A stretch of 44,213 bases of DNA, from IMG/VR virus record IMGVR_UViG_3300045988_036631, positions 1 through 44,213 of that record; one strand, 5' to 3'. The position numbers and the translations under genes were made by a program. How positions within the stretch are numbered: the stretch's first letter is position 1; every line of letters begins with the position of its first letter. Below, in pieces: positions 25,184-34,489 of the stretch. The notes beneath the pieces were generated by a model that was given only the letters and a program-made list of their open reading frames with translations, searched no databases and was not told the origin of the DNA. The stretch comes from a virus.

Positions 25184-26248
25184 TTATTCCCCCGTTACGG
25201 AAGCAATGTAAAGGCTGTTCGGATTATACAGAACCGGCATAAACAGGGCGGATGCCTTCGTCCACAGAACAGTGGGGTCTTTCTCCATCCACTGAGAAAC
25301 GTACACATACGGGCTTGCGCCGCTCGCTCCGACCTGCATAAACGCACCCGCGTCAGTCTCCGGCGGGTCGCCCCACAGACCCTCGCCCAGACGACCAGCA
25401 GGATTCGCTGCGAAGAGTGTGATCTTATCTTTCGGGTAGTGGCGCTTTGTCGTTCTGTTCGGGCGGCCATTCGTGCCGACGCCATTTTCGACCGCATAGG
25501 TCAAATCGTTTGCGATAACGCGCTGAATGCCAAACTCCTCATTGAGATAGGCGTTGAAAGCGTCCGCACGGACAAGCGCGCCGGCGCCAACGTTGCCGTT
25601 CACAGCCTTCTGAATCGCCGCATTGCTGCGCATTTTGGTGATGTTCGCCTTGCTGGTGTAAATGCCAGTCAGCGTCACGCCGTTGTCGGTTGCCTCATCG
25701 ATCAGCGCTTGCAGCAGCTTCGGCACGTTAGCACTCTCGGACAGATCAAGCGTCTTGGAGGTCTGCCCGGACGGCACGCCGTAATCAACGGTCAGGTTGA
25801 GGTTATTCTCCTTGATCGTTACCTTGCCCGTTGCCAGCAGCTCGTTCTTGGCAACCTTCGTGCGCGTCACGACCTGCTCCGACAGGTTGATGCCATCTCG
25901 GATGACATAATCGTACATGTCATTCTGCTGCACGCCGCTTCGCAGAAGAGCGCGCATGCGCTCGGACTGATTGATTTTGACCTTAATCAGGCCCTTTTCA
26001 ATGTTGTGCGTATCGACCGGAACGCGGAAGGTCGTTTGTGCTTCGGTATCAAAGCCGTGGAACTGCGCCATGACGGGGATCTGATACTGCGCCGCGATGC
26101 TCTGCCAGTAGGCTACCAGATTCGCGGTTCGCGTGTCGCCGAACAGACCGTCAATCGGGTCGTTCGGGCGGGCAACCTGGAACGGGATGTTCAGCCAGTC
26201 TTTCTGCGGGATAAAACCCAGGATGTTGTTTTCAAACATTTCAGCCAT
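25184..26248 (-). CDS. Major capsid protein (lambda gpE-like family)
   Basis: 354 aa. N-terminus ...DGLFGDTRTANLVAYWQSIAAQYQIPVMAQFHGFD. Preceded by scaffold and decoration genes. Confidence 0.85.
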   Translation of the reverse strand: MAEMFENNILGFIPQKDWLNIPFQVARPNDPIDGLFGDTRTANLVAYWQSIAAQYQIPVMAQFHGFDTEAQTTFRVPVDTHNIEKGLIKVKINQSERMRALLRSGVQQNDMYDYVIRDGINLSEQVVTRTKVAKNELLATGKVTIKENNLNLTVDYGVPSGQTSKTLDLSESANVPKLLQALIDEATDNGVTLTGIYTSKANITKMRSNAAIQKAVNGNVGAGALVRADAFNAYLNEEFGIQRVIANDLTYAVENGVGTNGRPNRTTKRHYPKDKITLFAANPAGRLGEGLWGDPPETDAGAFMQVGASGASPYVYVSQWMEKDPTVLWTKASALFMPVLYNPNSLYIASVTGE

Positions 26249-26263
26249 TTTTCTTCACCTCTT

Positions 26264-26623
26264 TCAGTACGGGCGCGTGATCGCCGGGGCAGTGGCAACA
26301 AAGGTGATGCCTTTCAGCGCCGTCTTTGCAGCCGTATCAACCGCCGGAGAAATCTTGTCCTCATAGACAGCTCCACGCGTAACGGCAGACCCCGGCATGT
26401 CGCCGCTGGACACGTCCACATCCTCATACAGGATGCCGACCGCCGTTGTGTCATTCGCCGGGATGACAGACCCCGCCGGAACATACTTGCCGCCGTTTGC
26501 GGCGGTTTTGACGTTCTCGTGGTCTGCCTTGACCGTGCAAGTCTCCCGCGTTACGTCTTCGGGATGAACCAGAAAATAACCAGGCGCGTAAACCGCGCCG
26601 TTTTCAGCTTTGATAAAGCTCAT
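26264..26623 (-). CDS. Head decoration-like protein, 119 aa
   Basis: Position between scaffold and capsid genes. Confidence 0.55.
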   Translation of the reverse strand: MSFIKAENGAVYAPGYFLVHPEDVTRETCTVKADHENVKTAANGGKYVPAGSVIPANDTTAVGILYEDVDVSSGDMPGSAVTRGAVYEDKISPAVDTAAKTALKGITFVATAPAITRPY

Positions 26624-27201
26624 TTTTTCGCTCCTTCTGCCGCGCCATAAATCGCGGCGTAATAATCCTTGGCAACCTGTGCCGCACGGCTGGATGCCCC
26701 GCCGCCGCCATTGTTGTCGGGCGGATTATCCACATTCGCGCCGTGCGTATTGGTGTTCGGGATGAAATCCGCATAGTCGGTCTGGATGCCCTTCTTCACG
26801 CCTTCCGCGTCTTCCAGCTTGCCGTCCTTGACCTTCACGGTGGAAAGATCAGTCAGGCGTACAATGCTGTCAGCTCGCTTTCCAGTGATGCCCAGCGCGG
26901 TAAGCTGCTCCCGGTACAGTCGCTCGGTCAGTACCGCCGATTCTTTGGCGCTCTGGTCTTGCTTGTACTTCTCAAAAGCCGCGTGCTCGCTGTCATACTT
27001 GCTTTTGTAGTCCTCTCCGCCGCCCTTGGCTTTCAGAACGTCCAACTCCCTCTGAACGTCTTCCAGCTTATCAGCGTCGGCTTTGTAGCCCGCCATCTGG
27101 CTTTTCAGCCCGTCAACGGTTTCCGTGTGCGCCTCAACCACGCTGTCAACCTGTTCTTCGGTCAGACCAAGCGCCTTGAGAAATTTTCTGGTGAATGCCA
27201 T
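26620..27201 (-). CDS. Scaffolding protein (GP20-like)
   Basis: MAFTRKFLKALGLTEEQVDSVVEAHTETVDGLKSQ... is coiled-coil and charged. Confidence 0.8.
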   Translation of the reverse strand: MAFTRKFLKALGLTEEQVDSVVEAHTETVDGLKSQMAGYKADADKLEDVQRELDVLKAKGGGEDYKSKYDSEHAAFEKYKQDQSAKESAVLTERLYREQLTALGITGKRADSIVRLTDLSTVKVKDGKLEDAEGVKKGIQTDYADFIPNTNTHGANVDNPPDNNGGGGASSRAAQVAKDYYAAIYGAAEGAKK

Positions 27202-27280
27202 GTTTACGCTCCTTTACTTCGGGGGCTGTTCTTCGCCCTTCGCTTTATATGCAAACGGCGGTACTTTGCCGTTTTTGCCA

Positions 27281-27305
27281 AAAGAAAAACCGCTGTTCTC
27301 AGCGG
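27281..27305 (-). terminator. Internal hairpin terminator/attenuator upstream of the scaffold gene
   Basis: Minus strand: CCGCTG-agaa-CAGCGG-TTTTTCTTTT. Overlaps the stop of 27299..27469. Confidence 0.5.
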
Positions 27306-27469
27306 TGCTTGTCAATTTCCCTGTTTGCCTTTGCCCTGATTTTCTCGATCTTTCGCGCCAATGCGCGTTGACCTTGCCTTGTAGCGGGCGCGGTTTCTCG
27401 CGCCTGTTTGATCTCTTTTCGCGCTCCACGGCGGATTTTCTCGCGCCTGAACCACTTAATAAGCCCCAT
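27299..27469 (-). CDS. Small highly basic protein, 56 aa
   Basis: MGLIKWFRREKIRRGARKEIKQARE... The ATG lies 1 nt after the upstream stop. Confidence 0.45.
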   Translation of the reverse strand: MGLIKWFRREKIRRGARKEIKQARETAPATRQGQRALARKIEKIRAKANREIDKHR

Positions 27470-27470
27470 T

Positions 27471-27893
27471 TTAACCTCCTGACAGCTCGTCTCGCATGAT
27501 TTCCTTGTACTCTTCGCGGTGATCTTCAATCGCGGGTCTTAGGTATCGGTGAGGCCGCATAAACGATTTACCGATTCCGCTTCCTCGCGTCGTCGTGAAC
27601 TGTTCCCATTCAGGCGGTGCTTCAAAATACGGTCCAGTGCCCAGTTCAGGATACGGCGCATATTCGACGTTGCTGCCCACGCTCACCACGTCGTCGTCAA
27701 CCCTGTGCGTGATGCTGTTTCTCAATGTTCCGCCGATATATCCTCTCTTTCCCGTGCTTTCAACCGTTCCGACGGGGCACTTGTCCTTTGCGTATGTTTC
27801 AGCTTTCTGACCGATGGTTTCAAGCGCCCACGCCTTTGCGCGTTCCAGTTCTGCCAGAAACGCCGCGCTGTTGTCGATCAGGTTTCCCGCCAT
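27471..27893 (-). CDS. HK97 gp10-like head/neck protein, 140 aa
   Basis: GGAAGGAGG RBS before ATG 27893. ...GTLRNSITHRVDDDVVSVGSNVEYAPYPELGTG. Confidence 0.65.
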   Translation of the reverse strand: MAGNLIDNSAAFLAELERAKAWALETIGQKAETYAKDKCPVGTVESTGKRGYIGGTLRNSITHRVDDDVVSVGSNVEYAPYPELGTGPYFEAPPEWEQFTTTRGSGIGKSFMRPHRYLRPAIEDHREEYKEIMRDELSGG

Positions 27894-28860
27894 TGTGCGC
27901 CTCCTTCCATCCCGCCCACTCCGCATAAGTCTTAAACGGTATTGTGTCGCGGGTGATGTTGTCGAGCCGCGTCTCATTTCGCGGCGGATATTTTGGATTG
28001 TACGACACGAGCGTACAGCGGCAGTTGTACACATTCGCGGGTCTTGCGTTCGGGTCGCCCGGACACATGATCTCGCCCAGCTCGCTCTGAAACGGCTTGT
28101 CTACGTCCACCCGCTGCCCGTCAAGCATAGCGTGGGAATGGCGCGTGTGGTTGTCCAGCGTCGCCCGCCACTCCTTTTGCAGCTTGATACCCAGCTTTGC
28201 CGCCTGATGATAGCTTTCAATGCGCCCTGCGTTCTGCGCGTAGGTCATCGCGGTTCTCGCGTGTCGCCTTGCGCTGGCCTCATTCGCCGTCGTCACACGC
28301 TGCAATCGCTTCACGACCGTCTCAAGCGGTTCGCCCTGAATGATGCCCTGCGTGATCTGCTGCGTGATCTGCATATGATTCCAGCGCTTGTCTGCTGGTA
28401 TATCCACCTTTGACGGCGGCAGAAGGTCTGGCTGGTCGCGGATAAGCTGCTTGACGGTTGATGCGTCGTATAGCTCAAAGCCCATGTTTATCCGTGCGCC
28501 CTTTTCAAGCATATAGCTCGACCAGTTGGCATTATAGGCAAACGCTTCCGGGGTCGTGTCGTTGATGATCTGCATAGCAAGCTCGTTGCTGTGCGTCAGC
28601 GTCTCCGTCAGGTTGGCAAGCATCTGTCGCCAGCGTTTCCCCTGAAACACTTGCCCTGCCAGCCAATCGCGATACGTCTCTTGCGTGATCTCTCCCGCTT
28701 CGAGCTGCGCATGATATTTTTTATCATCCCTGCGGAATTTCGCGATGAACTTACCCAGCTTGCGCTGGATATCAGCCGCCGCGTCGGTGTATACGTCGCG
28801 GATGCGCCGCTCTAGTTCTTCAATCTGCTTGTCAGTCCATTGAACCGCCTGATCTGTCAA
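27820..28860 (-). CDS. Head morphogenesis protein (SPP1 gp7 / Mu F family)
   Basis: RHARTAMTYAQNAGRIESY...WRATLDNHTRHSHAMLDGQRV...PGDPNARPANVYNCRCTL. Confidence 0.9.
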   Translation of the reverse strand: MTDQAVQWTDKQIEELERRIRDVYTDAAADIQRKLGKFIAKFRRDDKKYHAQLEAGEITQETYRDWLAGQVFQGKRWRQMLANLTETLTHSNELAMQIINDTTPEAFAYNANWSSYMLEKGARINMGFELYDASTVKQLIRDQPDLLPPSKVDIPADKRWNHMQITQQITQGIIQGEPLETVVKRLQRVTTANEASARRHARTAMTYAQNAGRIESYHQAAKLGIKLQKEWRATLDNHTRHSHAMLDGQRVDVDKPFQSELGEIMCPGDPNARPANVYNCRCTLVSYNPKYPPRNETRLDNITRDTIPFKTYAEWAGWKEAHNGGKPDRQQRGVSGRTGTRKGVGA

Positions 28861-30058
28861 GCGCCGTCACCCCCGCCGCGTTCGCATAAACCCGTTCTCT
28901 CATCAGTTTCCCGGAACCTTTCCCGCTGCTAAGTGATCGCTTGTCGCACTCAAAAACGCGTGTGAAGCGCTTGTCCTCCACCTTGTAACTGCTGATAAAT
29001 ACGGGAGTTTTCTGTTTCGCTGCCCAATTAAAAAAGGATTCGTGGTCGAATCCTTCATAAATTCCGCAATCTGTATCTTGATACGGAATATCTGCGTAAA
29101 TCACGCTATTTGGTGGAATTTTTACGTTTTCATAGCTTTCAAACGAGATTTCCAGCCTTTCCAGCCTTTGCAGCCTTTCCAGCCTTTCCAGCCTTTGCAG
29201 CCTTTCCAGCCTTTCCAGACTTTGCAGACTTTGCAGACTTTGCAGACTTTGCAGACTTTGCAGCCTTTGCCTGAGCCTGTACAATCCGACAAGCTCATTG
29301 TAATCGTCAGGAAGCGGCATAAATTCCTGCATACGTTGGTACATTTCCCGCGTCGGGAACTCCCATTGTGAGCGCCCGAAGTAATGCCCGGCCATCTGCG
29401 TTCCGAGACGACGCTGAACCTCGGCCTGCGTCAAGCCTGACGTTTTCAAGGCTTTCAGTAGATACGCCCTCAGCTCTTCCTCGTCTCTCTCGATATCTGC
29501 TTTCGCGTTTTTAATCAGTTCGTCAAGCTCTGCTGGGGAATATTTCTGATGTGAAAGCCACCACCGAATATATTTCTCCTTGTACTCGGCTTCATGCGCC
29601 AGAACGTCCGCGCGGCTTCCGTCTCCTTCGATTCCCATATTTTGCAGGAGGAATGTGTCACCAAAAACCCGCGCATAGTGCAGCGCTTTTTTCCATGGTT
29701 CTATTTCCTGCGCATATAGATAGTCGATCCCGTTATTCCCGAAGCTCCAACAGTATCTAACATACGGGTCAACATCTTTCAGCTTTTGAAACGTTTCTCG
29801 ATCAATCCAGCGCTTTTCATCCGCATACTCTCCGCATATTGCGCCCTTGAACAGTTTCAACGGCATTTCGCAAATGTCGTTCGCTATAATCCGCTCCCAC
29901 TTCGGGGCAAGGCCTTCACAGCTTTCGAGTGCCGCATGTGTTATGGCGCAACCGCCAGCGCAGATATCAATCAAAACATCAGCAGGCGGAAGAAAACTGA
30001 CTATTTTTCGCGCTATGCTGTTTTTGCTCCCTTTGTACGGTATGCCATAGCGCTTCAC
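28832..30058 (-). CDS. D12-class (Dam-like) N6-adenine DNA methyltransferase with internal tripeptide repeat
   Basis: N-terminus YKGSKNSIARKIVSFLPPADVLIDICAGGCAIT (AdoMet motif). C-terminus VIYADIPYQDT (DPPY-type motif). GTGA start overlaps the portal stop. Confidence 0.85.
   Translation of the reverse strand: MKRYGIPYKGSKNSIARKIVSFLPPADVLIDICAGGCAITHAALESCEGLAPKWERIIANDICEMPLKLFKGAICGEYADEKRWIDRETFQKLKDVDPYVRYCWSFGNNGIDYLYAQEIEPWKKALHYARVFGDTFLLQNMGIEGDGSRADVLAHEAEYKEKYIRWWLSHQKYSPAELDELIKNAKADIERDEEELRAYLLKALKTSGLTQAEVQRRLGTQMAGHYFGRSQWEFPTREMYQRMQEFMPLPDDYNELVGLYRLRQRLQSLQSLQSLQSLQSLERLERLQRLERLERLQRLERLEISFESYENVKIPPNSVIYADIPYQDTDCGIYEGFDHESFFNWAAKQKTPVFISSYKVEDKRFTRVFECDKRSLSSGKGSGKLMRERVYANAAGVTALDRSGGSMD
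29151..29267. repeat. 13 tandem 9-bp units (t[c/g]cag[c/a]ctt), in frame within the methylase gene
   Basis: Units counted from 29151. They encode (S/R)L(Q/E) x13: RLQSLQSLQSLQSLQSLERLERLQRLERLERLQRLERLE. Confidence 0.95.
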
Positions 30059-31413
30059 GTCGTTTTCTCCTCCGATTCCTCGCGCACGAACCGTCCTTCC
30101 GTTTCCTCGTCCAGCCGCGCCATGATCTCCGGCACTTTGTCGATGTAGATGTTCGGCAGATTCTCGAGGATCGTCTGTCTGTCAAGATACGTTGCTTCCA
30201 GCATCAGCATTTGAACCTGTTCAAGCTGGTTACTGATGCGGTTGCGCTTGAAAACGGGGACATCATCAATGCCGATCAGTCCCAGAATCGACCTGATGCA
30301 CGTTTCAATCTGGTTTTCAAAGTCGTCGGCGTTCTCATCCAGCGGTTGAAACGCAGAATTGATTGCCGTCGCGGTCTGATTTGATGCGGAAATCGCCTTC
30401 GTGTCGAACCCGCCGAAATCTTCATAGATATCCTGACGGATAGTCTGCAAGTACGCCGTTCGCGCCGCATACGGTACATCTTGCGTGTACGGCTTGATTG
30501 CGCCGCCGTCCGTTGTGTCCGCTACTGCGATGTGCTGCAATAGTATCTGGTCGCGGAAACGTTGGAGTTCTTCCTCTTTCATGCCGCCGTAGTTTTCAAG
30601 TATCCAGTAGATTTGCGCGCAGTCCTGCAAGTCGTTTGCAAAGCCAGACCGGATTAGATCATAGCTGTCAATGCTTTGCTGCAACCCGATAAGCGTTGAC
30701 TGATGCAAGCGGCTGCCCCAAAGCGGGACAATCGGCAGACGGCTATAATTTTCTTCTGCGACGACTTCCGGCTCAGCGTCGGCAGGCGCTTTTGAAATCG
30801 TCTGCTTGTAGCTGCGCTTTTCGCCGTCCTTCTCAAATTTTGCATACCCGCCTTTAGACTTGTATCTCCTGTATCCGTCCTCGGTATACAAAATCGCAAT
30901 CGTGGGCTTTGTGCTGTCGATGCGCCAATAGCGCAGACCCGCCCGCAAAGTGCCGTCGTTCTCGTCCCACAGCGGCACGAACTCCGTCAGCGGAAAGACG
31001 TGAATATGGTCAAAATTGAAGAAAACAAAGCTGACACCGTGAATCAGTGCCAGATATCCAGCACGATAAATCTCCGTGTCGAACGTGTCGCCCAGCTTTG
31101 CTTTGGCTGCATCCGTATTCTTTGCAAACGTCACGCCATTGCCGAGCGAATAGGTGCAACGCTGCGTGTTCAGCCGTCTAAAAAAATTCGATGCGATTTT
31201 GTTGTTTGAAGCAACATAATTTTGAACCGCCACGCCCGCAGACGAATAGATTTTCTTCACATATTCGTTGATGGTCTTGTTTCGCTGATGGTCGTACAGG
31301 TCAGCAGTTCGCGCCGTCTCAACCGCTTCATTGAGGTCGTGTTCAGAAATCATCTGAGCGATGAACTCCGGAATTTCGTTCTCGTCCGTTGGAAAATCCT
31401 GCCACGTCAGCAA
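30055..31413 (-). CDS. Portal protein (SPP1 gp6-like)
   Basis: 452 aa, directly after TerL. N-terminus ...ADLYDHQRNKTINEYVKKIY...NKIASNFFRRLNTQR. Confidence 0.9.
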   Translation of the reverse strand: MLTWQDFPTDENEIPEFIAQMISEHDLNEAVETARTADLYDHQRNKTINEYVKKIYSSAGVAVQNYVASNNKIASNFFRRLNTQRCTYSLGNGVTFAKNTDAAKAKLGDTFDTEIYRAGYLALIHGVSFVFFNFDHIHVFPLTEFVPLWDENDGTLRAGLRYWRIDSTKPTIAILYTEDGYRRYKSKGGYAKFEKDGEKRSYKQTISKAPADAEPEVVAEENYSRLPIVPLWGSRLHQSTLIGLQQSIDSYDLIRSGFANDLQDCAQIYWILENYGGMKEEELQRFRDQILLQHIAVADTTDGGAIKPYTQDVPYAARTAYLQTIRQDIYEDFGGFDTKAISASNQTATAINSAFQPLDENADDFENQIETCIRSILGLIGIDDVPVFKRNRISNQLEQVQMLMLEATYLDRQTILENLPNIYIDKVPEIMARLDEETEGRFVREESEEKTT

Positions 31414-31415
31414 CT

Positions 31416-32645
31416 TTAATCACCTCCTCGCCCAAAGAATGGGCTTTTATACTCTTCTTTCGGCTTGACAAGCCGCATGGTGCGCACGCCGTAGCGCAGC
31501 GCGTCCATCAGGTGGTCATTTACCTTTATCGGCTTGTCGTCCGCTTTGTCGTCCCAAACATAGCCGTCAAACTCCTTGCGCAGCTCCGGCAGATTGTCAA
31601 AAATCCGCACGTCGCCGCGCTGCATGCAAACCGCAACGTCGCGGATGCCGTCCAGCACGTCGTTATCTGCCTTCCTAACACGGAAGGCAAACCGTGAACG
31701 CCTGAGCGCCGCGATGAACGACGCGGCAGAAGGGTCGATGATTGTCATCACGCCGCGCTGCTGGTCTTCCGGCAAACTCTCGCAGACGAACCGCTCCATG
31801 TCGCGCACATAATCCTCATCGGTTTTTTGCACTTGTGTGTCGCGTCCGGAGTAGCGATATTCCCGGAAAATATGCCAAACGCCCTCGCTTTTTCCCCATA
31901 GCAGGGCGGCGAAGGCGTTTTGTGTGCCGTAGTCGATGGAAATAAAAACGTCACGCCAGCGCGGCGGCGTGAACGGCGTTTCAAGCGCTAAGGAATAGCC
32001 GGGGTAGATCATGCCCTCGGCAAGCGACCACTCGCCCAGAATATAGCGCTTATAGTACACCGACCCGGCGTATTCTCGTTTCAGGTTTTCGATAAACTCC
32101 GGCGGTAAGAACGGATTATCGTCTATCGTGTAGGTTTGGCTGAATATGTCCGCGTCGCTGTCCAAAAACGCCTTTAACCAATGACTGGGATATTGTGGGT
32201 TGAACGTGCCGTCAAAGCAGGAATACGCCTTGTCCAGACGGCTTTTCAGCAACTCAAAAACTTCGATGCTCCAATCCGCGACCTCGTCTCCGTAACAATA
32301 CTTGATTGATGCGCCACGGATTTTTGAAACTTGCGTGATTTTCTCCGCGCCGAGTGCGTAACAACGTTCGCCAAAAAGCCAGATGCGATTATCACTAGAT
32401 ATTGTGCCGACAAGCTCATCGCCATAGATATTCCGCATAGGTTCAAGCACGTTTCTTTCAATCGTGCTTTTTGTAACGCCGAGAATGACCGTCAAGCCTT
32501 CTTTGCCTATGCGCTCCCTTATCCGTATCGGAATGACCCATCTGAAATCCAGATATGTCTTTCCGCTTCGCGTTGCTCCGCCCTTAAAGTTCCATCTATG
32601 ATGCGCCTCGCGTACAAACTCCGTCTGTTTATCGCTTAACAGCAT
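31416..32645 (-). CDS. terL: Terminase large subunit
   Basis: Walker A GGATRSGKT. 409 aa. Precedes the portal gene. Confidence 0.9.
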   Translation of the reverse strand: MLLSDKQTEFVREAHHRWNFKGGATRSGKTYLDFRWVIPIRIRERIGKEGLTVILGVTKSTIERNVLEPMRNIYGDELVGTISSDNRIWLFGERCYALGAEKITQVSKIRGASIKYCYGDEVADWSIEVFELLKSRLDKAYSCFDGTFNPQYPSHWLKAFLDSDADIFSQTYTIDDNPFLPPEFIENLKREYAGSVYYKRYILGEWSLAEGMIYPGYSLALETPFTPPRWRDVFISIDYGTQNAFAALLWGKSEGVWHIFREYRYSGRDTQVQKTDEDYVRDMERFVCESLPEDQQRGVMTIIDPSAASFIAALRRSRFAFRVRKADNDVLDGIRDVAVCMQRGDVRIFDNLPELRKEFDGYVWDDKADDKPIKVNDHLMDALRYGVRTMRLVKPKEEYKSPFFGRGGD

Positions 32646-33021
32646 CTTGAAACTCCTTTAACAGCGAATCCAGCTTCTCTACCGCTTTGTTGTCCTCGTT
32701 CTTTACGTTATCAGCCTGTCCCAGCATATTTTTCCCCAACCAAATCAGCATCTGCACATTTCCGCTTTTTGCCTGCAAAAATTGCCAGTGACGCAAGCTG
32801 AGTTTTGATTCCTGTACGCCCCACCGATACGCTTCCATCGCCTTTTTGTTGGCGCGGAAGGTCGAATCTGCGCAGCCGACGGCGTGCGCAAGTTCTTCAA
32901 TCGTCGCGCCCTCGGCGGCAAGCTCCTTGATTGTATCTAAACGCTCCTCGGTAAACTCAAAGCGTGGTCTTCCACCGGGCAAGCGCCCACCTCCTTCTTG
33001 TGTTAGCGGGCGCTCGCCCAT
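32629..33021 (-). CDS. terS: Terminase small subunit (HTH type)
   Basis: ELAAEGATIEELAHAVGCADSTF HTH. Overlaps the terL start. Confidence 0.75.
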   Translation of the reverse strand: MGERPLTQEGGGRLPGGRPRFEFTEERLDTIKELAAEGATIEELAHAVGCADSTFRANKKAMEAYRWGVQESKLSLRHWQFLQAKSGNVQMLIWLGKNMLGQADNVKNEDNKAVEKLDSLLKEFQDAVKR

Positions 33022-33024
33022 AAT

Positions 33025-33141
33025 TTAGGTGCTGCTCGCTCTCGCTCGCATCGAGCTTTGCACTCGGCGGCTTTCACGACGACGTGCACCAGCGCCCGAA
33101 ACGCCGGTTGCGCGGTTGATTCTGCGCTGCATTGCAGTCAT
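33025..33141 (-). CDS. Possible 38-aa Arg-rich peptide upstream of terS (not in the ORF track)
   Basis: My translation: MTAMQRRINRATGVSGAGARRRESRRVQSSMRARASST. AAAGGAGGTGATTGC-ATG RBS. Confidence 0.3.
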   Translation of the reverse strand: MTAMQRRINRATGVSGAGARRRESRRVQSSMRARASST

Positions 33142-33202
33142 GCAATCACCTCCTTTCTGCTACAAAAAAAGAGCCACATGCGCAGCTCTTTCGTGGAGTT
33201 TA

Positions 33203-33580
33203 TCAGATATCCATAGCCCGCGCCGAAAACTCTTTGTCCGGCGCTTTAATCTTTGCAAACTTCAAATCCGGCGTCCTGACCGGGCGCTTCACCGCCCGCG
33301 CCATCTCTCGGCCGTCGATGTACTTCAAATCGGTTTCCATGCCGACGCTCTGTAAAAACTCTTCCTTTTGTGCTCTGCTCTTAAAGCACAAGCAGACCCA
33401 ATACTCAGTGTCGCACATATCGCGGAATCGATCATTCTCCGCCTTCATGCGCTCGCGGAATCCTTTTTCAACTTCGCCCATTTCTTCAAGGCATTCGGCT
33501 TCGACATTTTCAAGGCTTTCCGCCTGTTCCTGCTCCTCCGGTTCGGGCGCGGAAGGTTCTTTTTTGTCCCAATAGCCCAT
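33203..33580 (-). CDS. Acidic hypothetical protein, 125 aa
   Basis: TAATG coupling to the upstream gene. MGYWDKKEPSAPEPEEQEQAESLENVEAECLEE... Confidence 0.55.
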   Translation of the reverse strand: MGYWDKKEPSAPEPEEQEQAESLENVEAECLEEMGEVEKGFRERMKAENDRFRDMCDTEYWVCLCFKSRAQKEEFLQSVGMETDLKYIDGREMARAVKRPVRTPDLKFAKIKAPDKEFSARAMDI

Positions 33581-34293
33581 TACATTTCCCTCCTCATAAT
33601 TTCCAGTTCGGCAAGCGGAAACCATGTAATGATTTTTTCGTAATCTTCCGGGTAATGCTCCTTGATCGGGGCAAGGAATCGGTAGTCAATACCGTCGAAT
33701 GTCCTGCCGAACAGCTTATAGTCAGGTGGAAGTTTCACACCAGCCGAATCTATTTCCCGCAAAAGGTCAGCTTTTGTCCAATCATAGACCGGGTAAAAGC
33801 ATTTCCGATTGTGATTGATACATCCATGCGTTTTCAGACCGACGCGGCGCATAGGGGAATCAGCCATGCGAACGCCTGTTCCGGTGTACGCGCCATCCGG
33901 AAGCCCGGCGGTCTGACGGACGATCTCGCCAATCATCGCGTCGTCGTATTCTTCGCCGGGTATGTCCAGCGCTTCGATTTTTGTCACATGATCCGGCGGC
34001 TGGAATACCAATCCCCGCATCCAGCGATAGAGGCTTCTGTGCGGGAGTCGATAGATATGTGTCCCAAAAAAGTCCTCATAGTATGCAAGGCTTCTTTCCA
34101 CAAAGCCGAGGTTCGGGACACTATAACAGTAGTACGGTACGATGTGCTTAAAGTATCGGCGCATTTGTAGCCATGCCGCGATGCTGTCCTTGCCGGTGGA
34201 GAAAGCAATGATCGCTGTGTCGCACTCCTGCGCCATCCGCTCACAAAGCTCGGCGCTGTTGGTGTACTCAATCCTTTCATACATTGCCTTCAT
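33580..34293 (-). CDS. PAPS-reductase-like PP-loop ATP pyrophosphatase family protein
   Basis: PP-loop AFSTGKDS near the N-terminus; 237 aa. Confidence 0.75.
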   Translation of the reverse strand: MKAMYERIEYTNSAELCERMAQECDTAIIAFSTGKDSIAAWLQMRRYFKHIVPYYCYSVPNLGFVERSLAYYEDFFGTHIYRLPHRSLYRWMRGLVFQPPDHVTKIEALDIPGEEYDDAMIGEIVRQTAGLPDGAYTGTGVRMADSPMRRVGLKTHGCINHNRKCFYPVYDWTKADLLREIDSAGVKLPPDYKLFGRTFDGIDYRFLAPIKEHYPEDYEKIITWFPLAELEIMRREM

Positions 34294-34471
34294 CCTCCTT
34301 CCTCATGCGCTCGCGCATTGCTGCCTTGAGATAGCCGCTGACGGTCTCCCGCTGCGCATCCGCATGATTTTTTAACCTTTCATATTCTTCCTTTTGCATT
34401 TCCAGCGCTACGCGGCGGATATGGCGCTCTTTATAGCGCCGGGTTGCCGCAATCTGGCTTTCGGTCGGCAT
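34277..34471 (-). CDS. Ribbon-helix-helix (CopG/Arc-like) small protein, 64 aa
   Basis: RRVALEMQKEEYERLKNHADAQRETVSGYLKAAM. First gene after the consensus promoter. Confidence 0.6.
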   Translation of the reverse strand: MPTESQIAATRRYKERHIRRVALEMQKEEYERLKNHADAQRETVSGYLKAAMRERMRKEDEGNV

Positions 34472-34489
34472 CCCATCACCTCCACCATC

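Noticed and set aside
29151-29267. Possible CRISPR array (also considered for 42429-42634 and 41851-41980).
   Set aside because: The repeat units are 8-10 bp and either directly abutting or separated by related rather than unique spacers. Two of the three blocks lie inside ORFs and keep the reading frame. There are no cas genes and no repeats of 25-40 bp.
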